DNA from: Oikopleura dioica
Lineage: Eukaryota > Animalia > Chordata
Direction: 5' to 3'
NCBI GenBank assembly: GCA_907165135.1
Contig: OU015568.1
Location: 12,958,001 to 13,022,000, forward strand
Length of the DNA: 64,000 bases
The notes under the pieces were generated by a model that ran no database searches, was not told where the DNA came from, and saw only the letters and a list, made by a program, of their open reading frames with translations. The translations under genes and the position numbers were made by a program. Numbering within the stretch: the stretch's first letter is position 1; each line of letters begins with the position of its first letter. Below, in pieces: positions 25,565-37,715 of this stretch.

Positions 25565-25903
25565 TTTCAATTATTTTGCCGAAAAATATTCTTTTCGATC
25601 TTATTTATAATTTCGCTGGTCAATCAGGTGGAAAATTTTGCCCAACAGCAACGACGATAGAAAATTCTAGGGCCTTCTAACGGCTAAAATAACAGTGCCC
25701 GGAAATTCCGGGCAGGGATGCAATAAACTTCAAAAATAGCAGGATTTTGAGGTGATCAATTTCTTTGAAGTTCAAAGTCTGAACACTGAACCTTTCAAAG
25801 CTCCATGAAAGATATTCCTATAAACATCAAAATAACGTTCATTTGATTGTATTGTATAAAATAAATATTTATTAAAATAAAAATGAATATAGAAAATTTA
25901 GTC

Positions 25904-28900
25904 TTAGCCGAGGATACATCGAGTGACTTTCTCGGTGATCAAATCTCCAAGAGTCGTACTCCAAAGAATCTGGGTGATGAAGGTTAGTCCAATTGCATGC
26001 GTCAGGAAGAGCTCTTTTTCGTTTTTGAAAAGATATGTGTTGAGGATTGATGTTCCGACGATCAAAACTTAAAAGAAATTTCAGCGGGGAGATGGTTGAA
26101 AATAACTTACCGAGAACGAAGAATATAACTTCCGCAACTGGCGCAAGCAGTTTCCTCATCTTTGTGATTCTCTTTCTCCAGTGTCGTTGTTGCGCTCCCT
26201 GACTTGGCTCTAGTGCCGGATCTACGACCTTTCTTCTGCGTTTTTTCTTGACTACTACTTGAGTTGTTGCGGGCTCGACGGGCTCTTCTGGTGCTGGAGC
26301 AGCGGCTTGTTCAGCTGGAGGCTCAACTCGTCGTCGTCTTTTCTTGACAACAGTTGTCCGCTCAGGAGCAGTCTCAGTGGGTTCTACCGGAGCCGAAGAA
26401 GCAACTTGTTCTGCTGGTGCAGCACCTTGATCTGCTGGAGTATCGGTCCGGCGTCTTCTTTTGACAACAGTTGTTTCCTCTTGACCTCCTTGTTTGGTCG
26501 ATGGTTGAGATGGAGCTGTTTCTACTGGAGACTCGATTGCCGGCCCATTTTCTTCGCCAGTTTTCTTTCTTCGTCTTCTTTTCTGCTCAGCTGGAACTGG
26601 TACTGGCGCTGCTTCCTTTTCTACTTGAGAATCGCGCTGTGCAGCCAAGTTGGCTGCCAACTTTGATAATGTTAGGATATTTTTTAAGAAATGGGCATTA
26701 CCTGTCGAGAGGCTTGTTCGGTCATCCTCCTGCTCAATCTTGGCTCAAGGCCGGGAATCGCAGTTGATGGCACTGAAAGCATCGATGGATTGTTTCTGTA
26801 AGCCTCCGAGATTAGGTCCGAAGTCTCTTGAAAATCTGTCAAGTTGTCGACTTTTTTCTCATCAACGCCGTCGAACATCTCAGGGTGAAAAATCGGATTG
26901 ACAACTGTGACGGATTCTCCAGTTGGATCATGTCTTCTTGGGTCAGAACCAGGAATATCTTCAGGGCGAATGAGCCACTCGTTTTCTTTTAGGATAACTG
27001 ATGGTTCCCATATTCGGCTATTTAGGTTGGGATTCGTTGTATAGCCGTCTTGAATCGGCAATTCTAAGAATCGTATATTTTCAATGACAAAATTCGAAAC
27101 TTACCTTCGACAAAACTTTCCTCGGCCTCCTCCTCGCTTTCATTTTCAGCTTCAGGATTAGAAGCTCTTCTCAATTTTGAAGCACTTCTAGCACTGTCGT
27201 TTCTTTTACTTTCGAAGTCTTCCATGGGTTCCGACTTCACAGTTTTGACCATCATTCCTCTGATCGATTCTCGGACGTTTATCGCTAAACAACTTTCAAT
27301 ATAAAGGCTACAATTGTCTATCTTACAAGATGGGACGACGGACATTTCCTTTGAGCTTGCACGAGCTGTAAGTCTTGAGAAGTTGCTGACATCGGAGTCG
27401 ATCGAATTTGATTTTCGTGGCGCTTTTGCTAAAATTATATATTTAAATCATGACGCTCTCAATTTTATTAGACAACTTACATTCTCTGCCAACTTGTGTG
27501 GTTATTTCGATATCCTCGAGCATCAGTGAAAATTTTCTTTGGTCCATTGCAAAGAATTCAGTTGCATTATTTTTTCGTTCGCCAGCTTCATCGATTTTCG
27601 TTGTTATTTTGTAACCCAATTTTGCTCTACAAATAAGTTATTTTTTCAATAAAATATTTGATACTCGTACTTGGTCCCTTTCATAAATACTGCTCGTTGA
27701 AGTTCTCCTCGAATGAAGCCTCTCTTGTGAATCATTCTTGAGAAAATAAGTGCACTCGCTTGGGGGCAGGGTTCAGTTTGCCCCAGTAGGCAATAAATCC
27801 AAGTATTTTCTCCATTTTCTGTGATTTTCAGTTGCCGATTACTTTGAATTACAGGTACGTGGCTGATTGATTCAGTCTCGTATTCCATAAGAATGTGAAG
27901 GATCCTTGGATAATTTTACAATGATAATAACGGTATGAAGCTTACTTGAAGACGATCCCCGCGGGAATGCTGGTGAAAATAGAAGCCATGAACATTCGGT
28001 TGAACCAGAGCAATCCATTGTTATTGGCATCGGTCATCGCGCGGATCCTCTCAACCTGGTCGTCAGAATCCAAGTCGGCCTCGGAGAGCAAGGAAGAATA
28101 AACCAAAACTGCGGCCATCATAGAGATAAGAATCTCTTCTATCTTCGGGAAAATCGTAGTGAGGGCAAGATACGATGATTTACTTTGCTTCTTTGACAAG
28201 TTGATTATTGAGGGTTGAAGAGCTTAATTAATTTTATTTTGATAAAATTTGTCGATGAGTTACCGAAGAGCGAGCGGCTTCCTTTCCATGTTCCAATTTT
28301 GGTGCCGTCGTTGAAGATCTGCATTGAGGAAATGAAGCCGTAATAATCTTCTTTTGAGTCTCGCGAGTAAAGACAAATGCTAACATTTTCGACGTTGTTG
28401 GCAAAATCTTCATCGATAGACAAAGTCAAAGCATTATTCTTGGCCATTTTTTTATTCGCGTCTCGGTAGATGATTGCTTTCTTTTCCCCGTTATCGCCTT
28501 CAAATAGAAGATACAGATCGAATATTGTGTTTTCGCTCATTTGGTTGATTGAAAACTTCATCTGGATGCCAGAAAGCCCATAGAACTCTCCAGTAGAAAG
28601 GTCATCGACTTGTCGTTCTGTTTGAATTTTAACTTTGTCCAAGAGATGACCAAAGATGAGCCAGAAAACGGCCAAGAGACCCAGAAAACCGATAAAACAT
28701 CTAAAGAATCTATAGAATGTTCTTAACCCTGTCTCGAGCGCTTAAAATTTGCCTATCTCGAGCGCGAGCGCATCTTCATGCGCTCGTGGTCTAGAAGATT
28801 TTTTGCAAAATGCCAAATAGAGGCAATTTCTCTCGAAATGGCTAATTTTCTGGGTTTAGCTACGTCTCCGAGACCTAGAAAACACCAACATGCGCGTCTG

Positions 28901-29506
28901 AGGCAAGAATAATCCATTATCATTGGTTAGATTTGCAAAAAAATCTTCTAGACCACGAGCGCATGAAGATGCGCTCGCGCTCGAGATAGGGTTAAGAATA
29001 ATACCGCGATTGGCAGTCCTGACTGACTGATTTTTGAAAGATGCACATTGACGTTACAATTCTCCATGCTAAAAACATAGGAGATTTGTAACGTAGATTG
29101 CGTAGGCGTCACTGGTTTGACGGAACTCTCAAAGAAGAGACACTAGAGTCAAATTTTAATTGGTTGACTAGTTATTTGATTCAAAAATTTAGAATCAGTC
29201 AGTCAGAAATGCCAATCGCGGTATAAACATACCCTAAAACTAGCTTGGACTCGTTGAAAATGGAGAAATTGATGCACTCCGGGCCTTCAAGTGCTTCGGC
29301 CGATAGATTCGACGAAAGTTGGAAAACACCGTAGTCAGTCAGGTTGCCAAAATAGTCCTTGCACTCAGTGATCGTTGAGTCGACTTTTCGGGGGTTTAAA
29401 AAAAATAAATTATCGTTAGATCCTGATTAAAGATTGTTTTAATAAGACACCCGATACCTACGCCAAAATCAAGGTATTTCGGCCAGTCGACGAAAAACGA
29501 AGCCAT
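25904..29506 (-). CDS. Unknown multi-pass membrane protein with a beta-rich insert and basic/Pro-rich repeats (may be more than one gene)
   Basis: Chain of in-frame exons with several TM segments (FIGFLGLLAVFWLIF, ILISMMAAVLVYSSLL, VAEVIFFVLVLIVG) and four (K)KRRRR repeats. Confidence 0.35.
28727..28991. mobile_element. piggyBac-type MITE (265 bp)
   Basis: TTAA at 28723-28726 and 28992-28995; ends CCCT..AGGG; ~60-bp inverted repeat CCTATCTCGAGCGCGAGCGCATCTTCATGCGCTCGTGGTCTAGAAGA. Confidence 0.9.
29004..29221. mobile_element. Tc1/mariner-type MITE (218 bp, TA target)
   Basis: TA at 29002-29003 and 29222-29223; TIR CCGCGATTGGCA..CTGACTGACTGATT matches the reverse complement at the right end. 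Confidence 0.85.
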
Positions 29507-29801
29507 CCTCAAATCTGAGAAAGAACGTCGTCAACGACGCGTCAATAGCGAGGCTCTAGAAAATCTTGAGAATTCCAAGAAATAATCTTTTTCTGAGACT
29601 TTCATCCGGAAATTAAGAAATGATAGAATCTGACAGTCTTTGAGAACCCAATTACGTTCAGCTGGAGCTCATCAAATTCTCTTTGATCAATTCATGAATC
29701 CGGTCTGTCTGGAGGACAGCTGCAGAATCATTAGCGCCAGCTTTTCCAGGAAATAAAAGTAGCCGAGGATTTCCAGGAAATAGAAAAATAAAAAACAACC
29801 A

Positions 29802-30536
29802 ATGTTCGAAGATATTGCAACATTTAATATTCTTGCTGACCTTGAGACTATCGCCAGTCTACTGAGTACAGATGGCTCTAATTGCTACTATCCTGATCTA
29901 ACAACTGCCGGACATCAGCTTTCAAATTCAATGCCCACTCCGAATCCTTCCCAGTCATATTATCCTCCTCCCGTTACTCCAGTGCCCCAAGTCATGGTTC
30001 TTCTCTGCTCTTCCCCCGACATTTCAGTCAGTCCATCAGCCTCCATTTATTCACCAGACTACATTTGTAATTCCGTCACGTCTTCTCCTGCTTCTTTGAG
30101 TTCTCCGCCTCAACCAATGCCATCAATAAATGCGAAACCGAGAAAGAAGCGAGTCAAAGTCCAGCAAGTCCGAAACAAGAAGTCAAAGTATTGTCCCTGC
30201 AAAGACTGCATAACTGCACGCTTCGAGCGAAAAATCCGACCGAGAAGCTCCCGTCATCCCTGCATCGTCCCAGACTGTAAAAGCTCCTTTGCTCGACCTT
30301 GCGGGCTGAAAACTCATCTCCTTCTCCACGAAAAAGGAGATCCGAGCCAGCTTCAATGTTTCATCTGCGCCTCTCTGGCCTTTTCAACCCGTGACACTCT
30401 CATCGAACACGTTCTTGATCATGAAGCTATGTCAACTGGATTTGTTAATCCTGCTCTCCCTTTACCTCCTGTTTATGATACTTTTGTTGACCCGAGTTTA
30501 CCATTCGACTACTCTTCATATTCGTATTCCATGTAA
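29802..30536 (+). CDS. Intronless C2H2 zinc-finger protein with Ser/Pro-rich N-terminus
   Basis: CIVPDCKSSFARPCGLKTHLLLH and CFICASLAFSTRDTLIEHVLDH; basic NLS-like KPRKKRVK. Confidence 0.8.
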   Translation: MFEDIATFNILADLETIASLLSTDGSNCYYPDLTTAGHQLSNSMPTPNPSQSYYPPPVTPVPQVMVLLCSSPDISVSPSASIYSPDYICNSVTSSPASLSSPPQPMPSINAKPRKKRVKVQQVRNKKSKYCPCKDCITARFERKIRPRSSRHPCIVPDCKSSFARPCGLKTHLLLHEKGDPSQLQCFICASLAFSTRDTLIEHVLDHEAMSTGFVNPALPLPPVYDTFVDPSLPFDYSSYSYSM

Positions 30537-30597
30537 ATAAATTTTAACATAGAGACTTTATTTTTCTTCGTAGATTTATTTATATCATTCTTTCAAG

Positions 30598-32604
30598 CTA
30601 AAGATCTTTGTGATGCGAAAATAAGATATTCATTCTCGCCCTTTCTTCTGGAGACAAAGTCGTTTTCTGAGGCTCAATTATCTCCCGTGATAAATTTTCT
30701 TTTGAGTAATACTTCTTTAAAAATGCAGTTACTTTCTCATCGTCAAAGACTAGTCGTTTCGTCTTTCCGTGCACTTCACTGCACTCTTGGCAAAGCCATT
30801 GTTCAGGAAATTGTCTTTTCGGGAATTCAGGATCTTCAGCCGGTGCACCTTTTAATCTTTCGTTGACGATATTATGTATCTTCCAGAGCCAGAGAACAGC
30901 GTCATCTAAAGAGCCAATTTGTTCAATGGGAAATCGTCTCTCCTCAGCTTGAAAGTGTTTGCCACAGTCTCTGCAGGAGAAAATTGTCGTCACATAGTCG
31001 TAGATAAGTTTTGGAACTTTTTTGACATCATCTGTCTCGTGAGAATTGGCAAGCATGTAGTGAAATGTTGTCCAAAGCCTTTTTGGGATTTTAGCAAAGA
31101 TTCAAAATTGAGTCGCAAATTATAAAATCCCATTCCCACATGGAAGTCCTCGAAATTGAGGCGAAGAGCCAGCACAAGCCATCCAAATTTCTGGCTGTGT
31201 CGATAGGTCACGCAACTTTTCATCCCATTCACTAAAGCCGATCCCTTCTTTTTCCTCGATCCATATTGATAGATTAGACATTTTGTCCCTCAAATGTGAA
31301 TCAAAGGGCAAAATTTCTTGAAACAGCAACGCGAAATCCTGCGCTAACTCCAATCTTGTACCGTTGATTTCTTCCACCGCGCAAAACTCGTCCTGGAACA
31401 TGAGAATTATTGTTGATTCCAGATCGGATAGGTAGATTTTCTTTCTATCGATTGCCGACAGGTCCATTTCCGCTGTTTCTCCGATTTCTTCGGGAAAACA
31501 TTAAAAATAAGAAGGAATATGCTCACTTTACCTGATTCAAACACGGGATGAAATTCGTTGTGGACGTCTCCGTCGTCGCTGTGCCCCTCCACTCCAGGTA
31601 AATTTTCCAAATCATATGTGAAAAACGAGCGCGCAGCAAAATCCGGAAAGACATTTTGCAGAAGATTTCTCCGCCAAACAAACATTTCGACCCATGTGAA
31701 TGGAGAAATGGTAGGGTCGACCTGCCGCTTAGCGTCGCGTTTATTGATGAGCTGTGAGAGAAACTCGCATTCTTGTGCGTCTCTTGAGCGAACACGGCGA
31801 AAGATGATACCATTTTTACAACCAAGATCAAGCATAACAGACCTAAAGATGGACTTGAAATCCCGGATTTGAATTCTATTGCTATGTTTTGAAGTCCTTC
31901 CTTGTTAGATAGGGATCATACTCTCGATCCTTCTCGTCCTCCACAAATAATACAAAGTTGACATCTAAATTGAATACGTTGATCGATTTCTCAAATGGAT
32001 AAAATCACCTGTATCAACATAATGAATGAATATCTTCGCAAAGTCCCTAGGACTAACGAAATTTAACTCCGGCTTCGGTGAGCTGAAAATCCATCTACTT
32101 GGCGGATTTTCCATCAGAAAGTCAATTGCTTCTTTCGTCAATCCAGCTTTAGATTCATTCTCGTACTTGACTGCCTTTCCGCCGTTTTTCCGCGTAGTAT
32201 CGTATGCTCCAAAGATACGAAAATTTGGATAACCGCCTATCCAAAATGGATCGCGATGACAAACGCCGTAGTTTTGCCCAGTACACTCAAAACCAGAGAC
32301 TTTTATCATGCAACTCCAATTTTCTATGCTTTTGGCAAAAGATTCGTAAACTGGGGCAAACTCGTGACAATGACCACATGTTATCGCATGAAACTGTACC
32401 AAATGCGCGACATCTTCAAATAGACTTTTTTTCAATCTGACTTTTCCTCTTACCTGAGTTTTTTATAGCCTTTGAAAGCTCCTTTCCATCTGGTATAATA
32501 TTTACATTCTTCGAATGCGTATATAAAGCTCCTGCATTTTTCGGCCTTCTTGCTTCGCAAAATATATTCAGACTTTCAAAAAGCAATAAATATACTGTTC
32601 TCAT
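30598..32604 (-). CDS. QSOX: Quiescin sulfhydryl oxidase
   Basis: Signal peptide, thioredoxin CGHC, CAGSSPQFRGLPCG, ERV CRDC, WLWKIHNIVNERL..EDPEFPK. Confidence 0.92.
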
Positions 32605-32709
32605 TGTTCTTTTTCGTTTTAATTTTAACCGAAAGCAGCAACAAAACAGAATGCACTTGAAAATACTCAAGAGCGATAATTCGTCGGCAAAATCTTTTTT
32701 GAACAGAAT

Positions 32710-33751
32710 TCATTCAAAGCATCGTCCATTGAAGATATCTTTTTGTAGCACTTTATCTGTGTAATTCTGAAATAAATGTTTACAAAGTGCTTTTCTGTTA
32801 AATATTACCTGGACGTAAAATAAAACCCCAGTGACAGGAACGGATCGAATCACGCATGGTGCAAGCCCTCTCGTGAAAATCTTCAACCCTTCGTTTCTGT
32901 AAATGTCGCTGACATATCCATACCACGTCGGAAATCTTCGCGCACCGAGAGGATCAGATTGAATTCGTGTTTTCACGACATCGGCAGGGAAGCAGACAGT
33001 CCAAGAAACTAATCCTGTTAGAGCTCCTGCCATGAGTTCGCTCAGTGAGCCGAAACCATTTTCCTTGAATAAATATTGATGAGCTATTCAGATATTCGAA
33101 AAAACCTTGAATAACTTGTTAGCATGAAAATAAACTAAGAAAAAGACGCCATAACTCGGGATATTCCTTATCAAGACAGCACCGAATCCAGTATACAGCC
33201 TCCGTAGTCCCACTTTTCTTCTCATTTCAAGGACCTTGGAAAAAGTTGATGGCTGTTTCTCCCTACTGCCGATTCCAGATTGTTGCATCTGAGTTTTAAC
33301 AAGCTCAAAAGGAGTCTCAACAATTGATATAGTGAATCCGGAAGCAGCCCCGGCGATGAACTTTTCTGCAGATTCGTTAAGATTGAGTGGCTAAAATTGC
33401 TTAGTTTCATGAAGCAAAGAGTGAATTTACCTCAAGCGACCTTCTAACAGTCCCTTCTGAGGCAAACAAAACGGAGTTCATTCCAGCTTGAGCCAAAACA
33501 GGCGGTAGTAGACCTTTTCCGAGTGCTCGAAGTCCTTCATTTTTTATTATTTGTAAGCAGCAGTCAATGCTGTTTTTATAGAGATGTGGGAATGCTTGTA
33601 CCCGAGTTTTTACGGTATCTTTTAATGGATTACAAAAGATTATAAGAAAAACTCAAAATCAGTGTAATCCAGTAACTAATGGATGGCCAGCGATAGTCGA
33701 AACGACTCCTCCAATACTCCCAGAAATCAATTCTCTTACTCCTTCGTGCAT
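32710..33751 (-). CDS. Mitochondrial carrier, SLC25A29/45/48-like
   Basis: GSIGGVVSTIAGHPL-DTVKTR, PFELVKTQMQQ, FPADVVKTRIQ carrier signatures. Confidence 0.8.
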
Positions 33752-33912
33752 TTTGAAATATTTCTCATAATTGCGAAAAATTTTTGGACGATCGTTTATT
33801 TATTCAAGAGCTGAGTCTTGTTTGCTATTTTTGTAATTTTTGATGATGATGAAAAAATATATTTATTGAATTCACTCGATTGAAAGACAGTTTACCAGTT
33901 CATTCAAAATAA

Positions 33913-34636
33913 TTATCTTGGTTGTTGTGGAGGATATCCATATGGAGCTGGTGGAGCCGGCTGAGGATACGGCTGAGCTTGCGGATATGGCTGAGCCTGT
34001 GGATATGGTTGAGCTTGTGGATACCCAGCTGGAGGTGGAGGATAAGACTGAGCTGGTTGCGGATATCCGGGATAGAGAATAACCATACCCTTGAGAAGCT
34101 TGGGGTTGTGGTGGTGTCGGTTGGGCTGGATAAGGTTGGTGAAAGTTTTGAGCAGGAGGTTGTTGGATCGATTGATTCGGGTAGGGTTGATGGGGCACTG
34201 GTTGGGCATATTGTACCGGAGGAGGCGGCTGCGGGTATGGTTGATGAGCTGGAGGGGCCGGCTGAGCATGCTGTTGCTGATATGGTGCAGGGGGATATCC
34301 AGGAGCAGGTTGCTGGTAAGAATTCGCAGCAGCGAGAGGATGTTGCTGCTGATTTGATGCTAATGCAGCTGGAGGGGTGGAAGTCGCAGGAGATTTTGGG
34401 ACTTCCCCTTGTTGCGCTCTTTTGTGCGCTTCGGCCATCGATAGCACCTTTGCCTTCCTTATATCATCTTGGAACTTCTTGTCTGGCTAACAAAAGTTGC
34501 TTATAGCTTTGATTTTATGATAAAAAGCTTACTGTTTCCTCGATGATACTCTCTTGCCTGGCGATTGATCCCGGTGCAGGCGAAGGTTCCGGCGCTGCTA
34601 AACCCCAAGCTTCCATGCCTTTCAAAAACTCTGGAT
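33913..34636 (-). CDS. Pro/Gln/Tyr-rich protein (YPQAQP repeats) with UIM-like helix; 5' exons not identified
   Basis: Open exons DDIRKAKVLSMAEA and repeated YPQAQP/PYGYPPQQPR*. Confidence 0.5.
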
Positions 34637-34828
34637 TTTTAAGATGAGCTCTGAATTTGACTTTGTGAAAAGAAAAATATGAAAGACGATTGCGGAAGCT
34701 CTGTTTGAGGTAACCACTGGCGGAATTTGCTTTGACGTTTTTTATTTCTGCCGTATGCTCTCCCAGTTAAACAATTATTCATTTGCCTCCTACAAATTTT
34801 CAGTTGAATTCCTATTCGAAACTTTATT

Positions 34829-35911
34829 TCAGTCATGGAAAGTTTGATTTTCAGCTTGATTTTCATTATCATTCCATTTTTCGGTTTTATGTAGACAGAG
34901 AACATGGAGCCTAAAAATGTTGCGTTCTTTTTATAAGCAAAATACAGACCTGTAATAACTTTGTGCAGCTCTAAATTCATCGAAAAAATAACTGTAAAAG
35001 ATCCCATTTATAAATGAAGGCTGATTTTCACACCACTGGAAACCATGCTTCTCGGGGTTGAATGTTTTCGCATCATCGTTGACAAATTTGTGATTTATGA
35101 CAAATATTTCATTGTCGATATGATTTTTCACTGTGTATGTCTTTTCTCGGAAGTCAAAGTCCCATAGTTTATAAGCTTGTATGAAAGTAGAATTTAGATC
35201 CAAGATTTCGCAGGAGATTTGCACATCGTTATGCACAATCACTCGACCCAATTCGTCAAATACCTTACTTTTGCAAACAAACTAAATTGAACGATGAAAT
35301 TCACATTATTAGTAGTAAGAATAAACCTGAGAGTTAAGATAGAAAGTCGTTTCGCTTATTGAAATGACACATCCGGTGTTGATCAAAGACACGGGATCGT
35401 CTCTGCTCATATTTGCCAGCAGTTGTTGTCTAAAGTCTTCTGGCAGAAGAGTTTCATTACTTATGTTCTCGATGTCGACAGATAACCAAAACCCGTAGTG
35501 TTCATATTTTAGGATCTTGGTCACGTCAACGACGGATAATTTCGACCAAGGAAGTGTAGCATTGATTTCATCGCATTTTTGTTTTGCTTCAGTATAACTT
35601 GCCAGATCGCGAAAAATTGTGGCATTATAGACTAAAATTCAGATCATCAGCAAACTACCACCTAAAGGGTCAGTCTGGTTTACCTTGCTGGTTTATTTTT
35701 ATTTCTAAACGTTCATACTCTCTCGATCCTTTTCGTTTTACAAATGAAGTTGTCAAGTGCTTGTCGTTTTGAAGAGTGGTCTCTTTTAACATCGATAGAA
35801 TAGTGTATGTTAGACCAGGTCTAAAACTATGGAAGAAATAGTAACAATTTATACTTACATCAGGCAAAACATGACGAAAAACAAGACAACGCCCTTACAA
35901 CAACGCTTCAT
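34829..35911 (-). CDS. C-type-lectin-like protein, paralogue 1 (N-terminal hydrophobic anchor)
   Basis: EAKQKCDEINATLPW..FWLSVD..GCV motif; colinear with paralogue 2. Confidence 0.6.
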
Positions 35912-36039
35912 CTTATATTTTTAAGATCAGGAACGGACTGGCTTTTATTTTAAATTGCAATGTTACAGATATCGTAAGCAATCACCCGTGAGATGAACAA
36001 TGTCCAGAACAAAAATAGATCGCGTTAGTTTTGGAAAAT

Positions 36040-37259
36040 TTAATTTGCAGTTTTATTAATAGAACTTTCTTCAGTCTCGTCTTTCGTAACGACTTGATTT
36101 TCAGTTTGATCGGAGTCAGCTAAACTTTTGCGTTCGTGAAGGCACATAACACTGAATCTTAACTCAACATAAAAAATATTTTCAGCTTTGAAGACTCACA
36201 AAGAGTATCTTTTTGATGTTAAAAATTTGTCACCAAAAAGGAAGTAAGAAATTCCAGTAATAAAAGACGGTTGGTCCTGGCACCACTTTTCATAGAGTTG
36301 CAAAAATTTAACTCAAGTCTTTTTTTAATGCTGATGATAAGAACAACCGTGGTATCAATTTTTGCAACTCTGCTGAAAGCCACGTTCCTCAGGGTGGAAA
36401 TCTGTGGCATCATCATCGATGAGTTTCCCGTGTGTAAAAAATATGCTTTGATTAAGATGATTTTTTGTGACATAATCTTTCTCATTCGCTTCAAGTTTCC
36501 ATAGCTTGTGCTTGTGAAGAAAAGACGAGTTGAACTTCAAAATTTCACAAGATATGGATTTATCGTTGTGAATGATGACTCGTCCTTTGTCGTCAAAAAC
36601 GTTATTTTTACACACAAACTAAGAATGATTTTGATTATTTTAAAACAAGTGTAATTTACTTGATTGTTAAAATTTCGGTTTTCGTCTATAGAATAAACAT
36701 AAACGCATTCATGATGGTTCTCCAAAGAGACGGGTGACGGTCTTTTGATATCTGCGGCCACTTCTCTTCTAAAATCAAGCGGTATTTCAGTATTGTTCAT
36801 AATCCCATTCACGTCAGTTGAGAGCCAAAAGGTTGACTTTCGGTATTTCAGAATTTTGGTGACGTCAACGATGGAAAACTTGGTCCAAGGAAGGGTGCCG
36901 TTCATTTCGATGCACTTTTTAATCGCTTCGTCTTTCCTTGTTGGTTCAAGAAATATGGTCGATTCAAAGACTGGTATAGAAAGATCAAGTGTCGATAAAT
37001 GTTCATAGTGTCTCTTTATACCTTGTTCGTCTATCAATATTTTCAGAATTTCAGTTTTCGCTGGTTCTTTCAGTCCCAAAAATTGTGTCCGCTGGAACTT
37101 GTCGTTTTCTTGTTCTTTCATCGTATTAAATATATTCATAAGTATAAATGCAACTACAGGCCTAAAACAAAACTTGTTCAGAAGGCAATTTTCTTCAAAA
37201 TTCACTTACAGTAAACATAAGAAAAAAATAAACAAAATTGCTTTCCAACGAATTTTCAT
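36040..37259 (-). CDS. C-type-lectin-like protein, paralogue 2, interrupted by a 76-bp element
   Basis: DEAIKKCIEMNGTLPW..FWLSTD..ECVYV; downstream exons still open and homologous to paralogue 1. Confidence 0.55.
36295..36370. mobile_element. 76-bp mini inverted-repeat element
   Basis: Perfect 14-bp TIR GAGTTGCAAAAATT; flanked by TA (36293-94) and TG (36371-72); removal of 78 nt restores GFQYEKWCQDQ. Confidence 0.7.
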
Positions 37260-37715
37260 ATTTTATCTGCGCTAGCCTGCAAACCTCATAAAAGTTTGAG
37301 AACTCGTCAACCATAATTTATGGTCTTCATGCCACAAAAAGAAGAACAGCTACACCGAAAATTGATGCTTATTATATTTATTTGATATAATAAAGGAATA
37401 AAACTTACTATGGCAGATATTACCATCATAGTACTAGCAGTGGACCTTTGCAAGCGCAGGCGGCCCGGCCTTCCTCGGGATCAGGCGCAATAGTTCGAAC
37501 TTGGGTTCTGTCAAAGTACGACAATTTCGGAAATTGTAAAATTTGATAATTGGACGAGTGGTCTAATAAATCGGCGATAAAAGTGGAGAACTAGAACCTA
37601 TTCAGAAAAAGATTTTCAGAAAAATATTGACGTCGTAAAACTTTATGGCCCCACATACGGGATCCTGTTTTGCCCTTCCTAGAACTTTTTGAAATATTCA
37701 AAATTTGATTTTTTA

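Noticed and set aside
25696-25714. Perfect palindrome TGCCCGGAAATTCCGGGCA as a Helitron 3' end or terminator
   Set aside because: No CTRR at the expected short distance and no 5' TC boundary seen; isolated hairpin
28990-29232. MITEs destroying a start codon (reconstructed MFILFLRT..)
   Set aside because: The same reconstructed bases form a canonical 34-nt GT-AG intron that joins an open upstream exon in frame, which is the simpler reading
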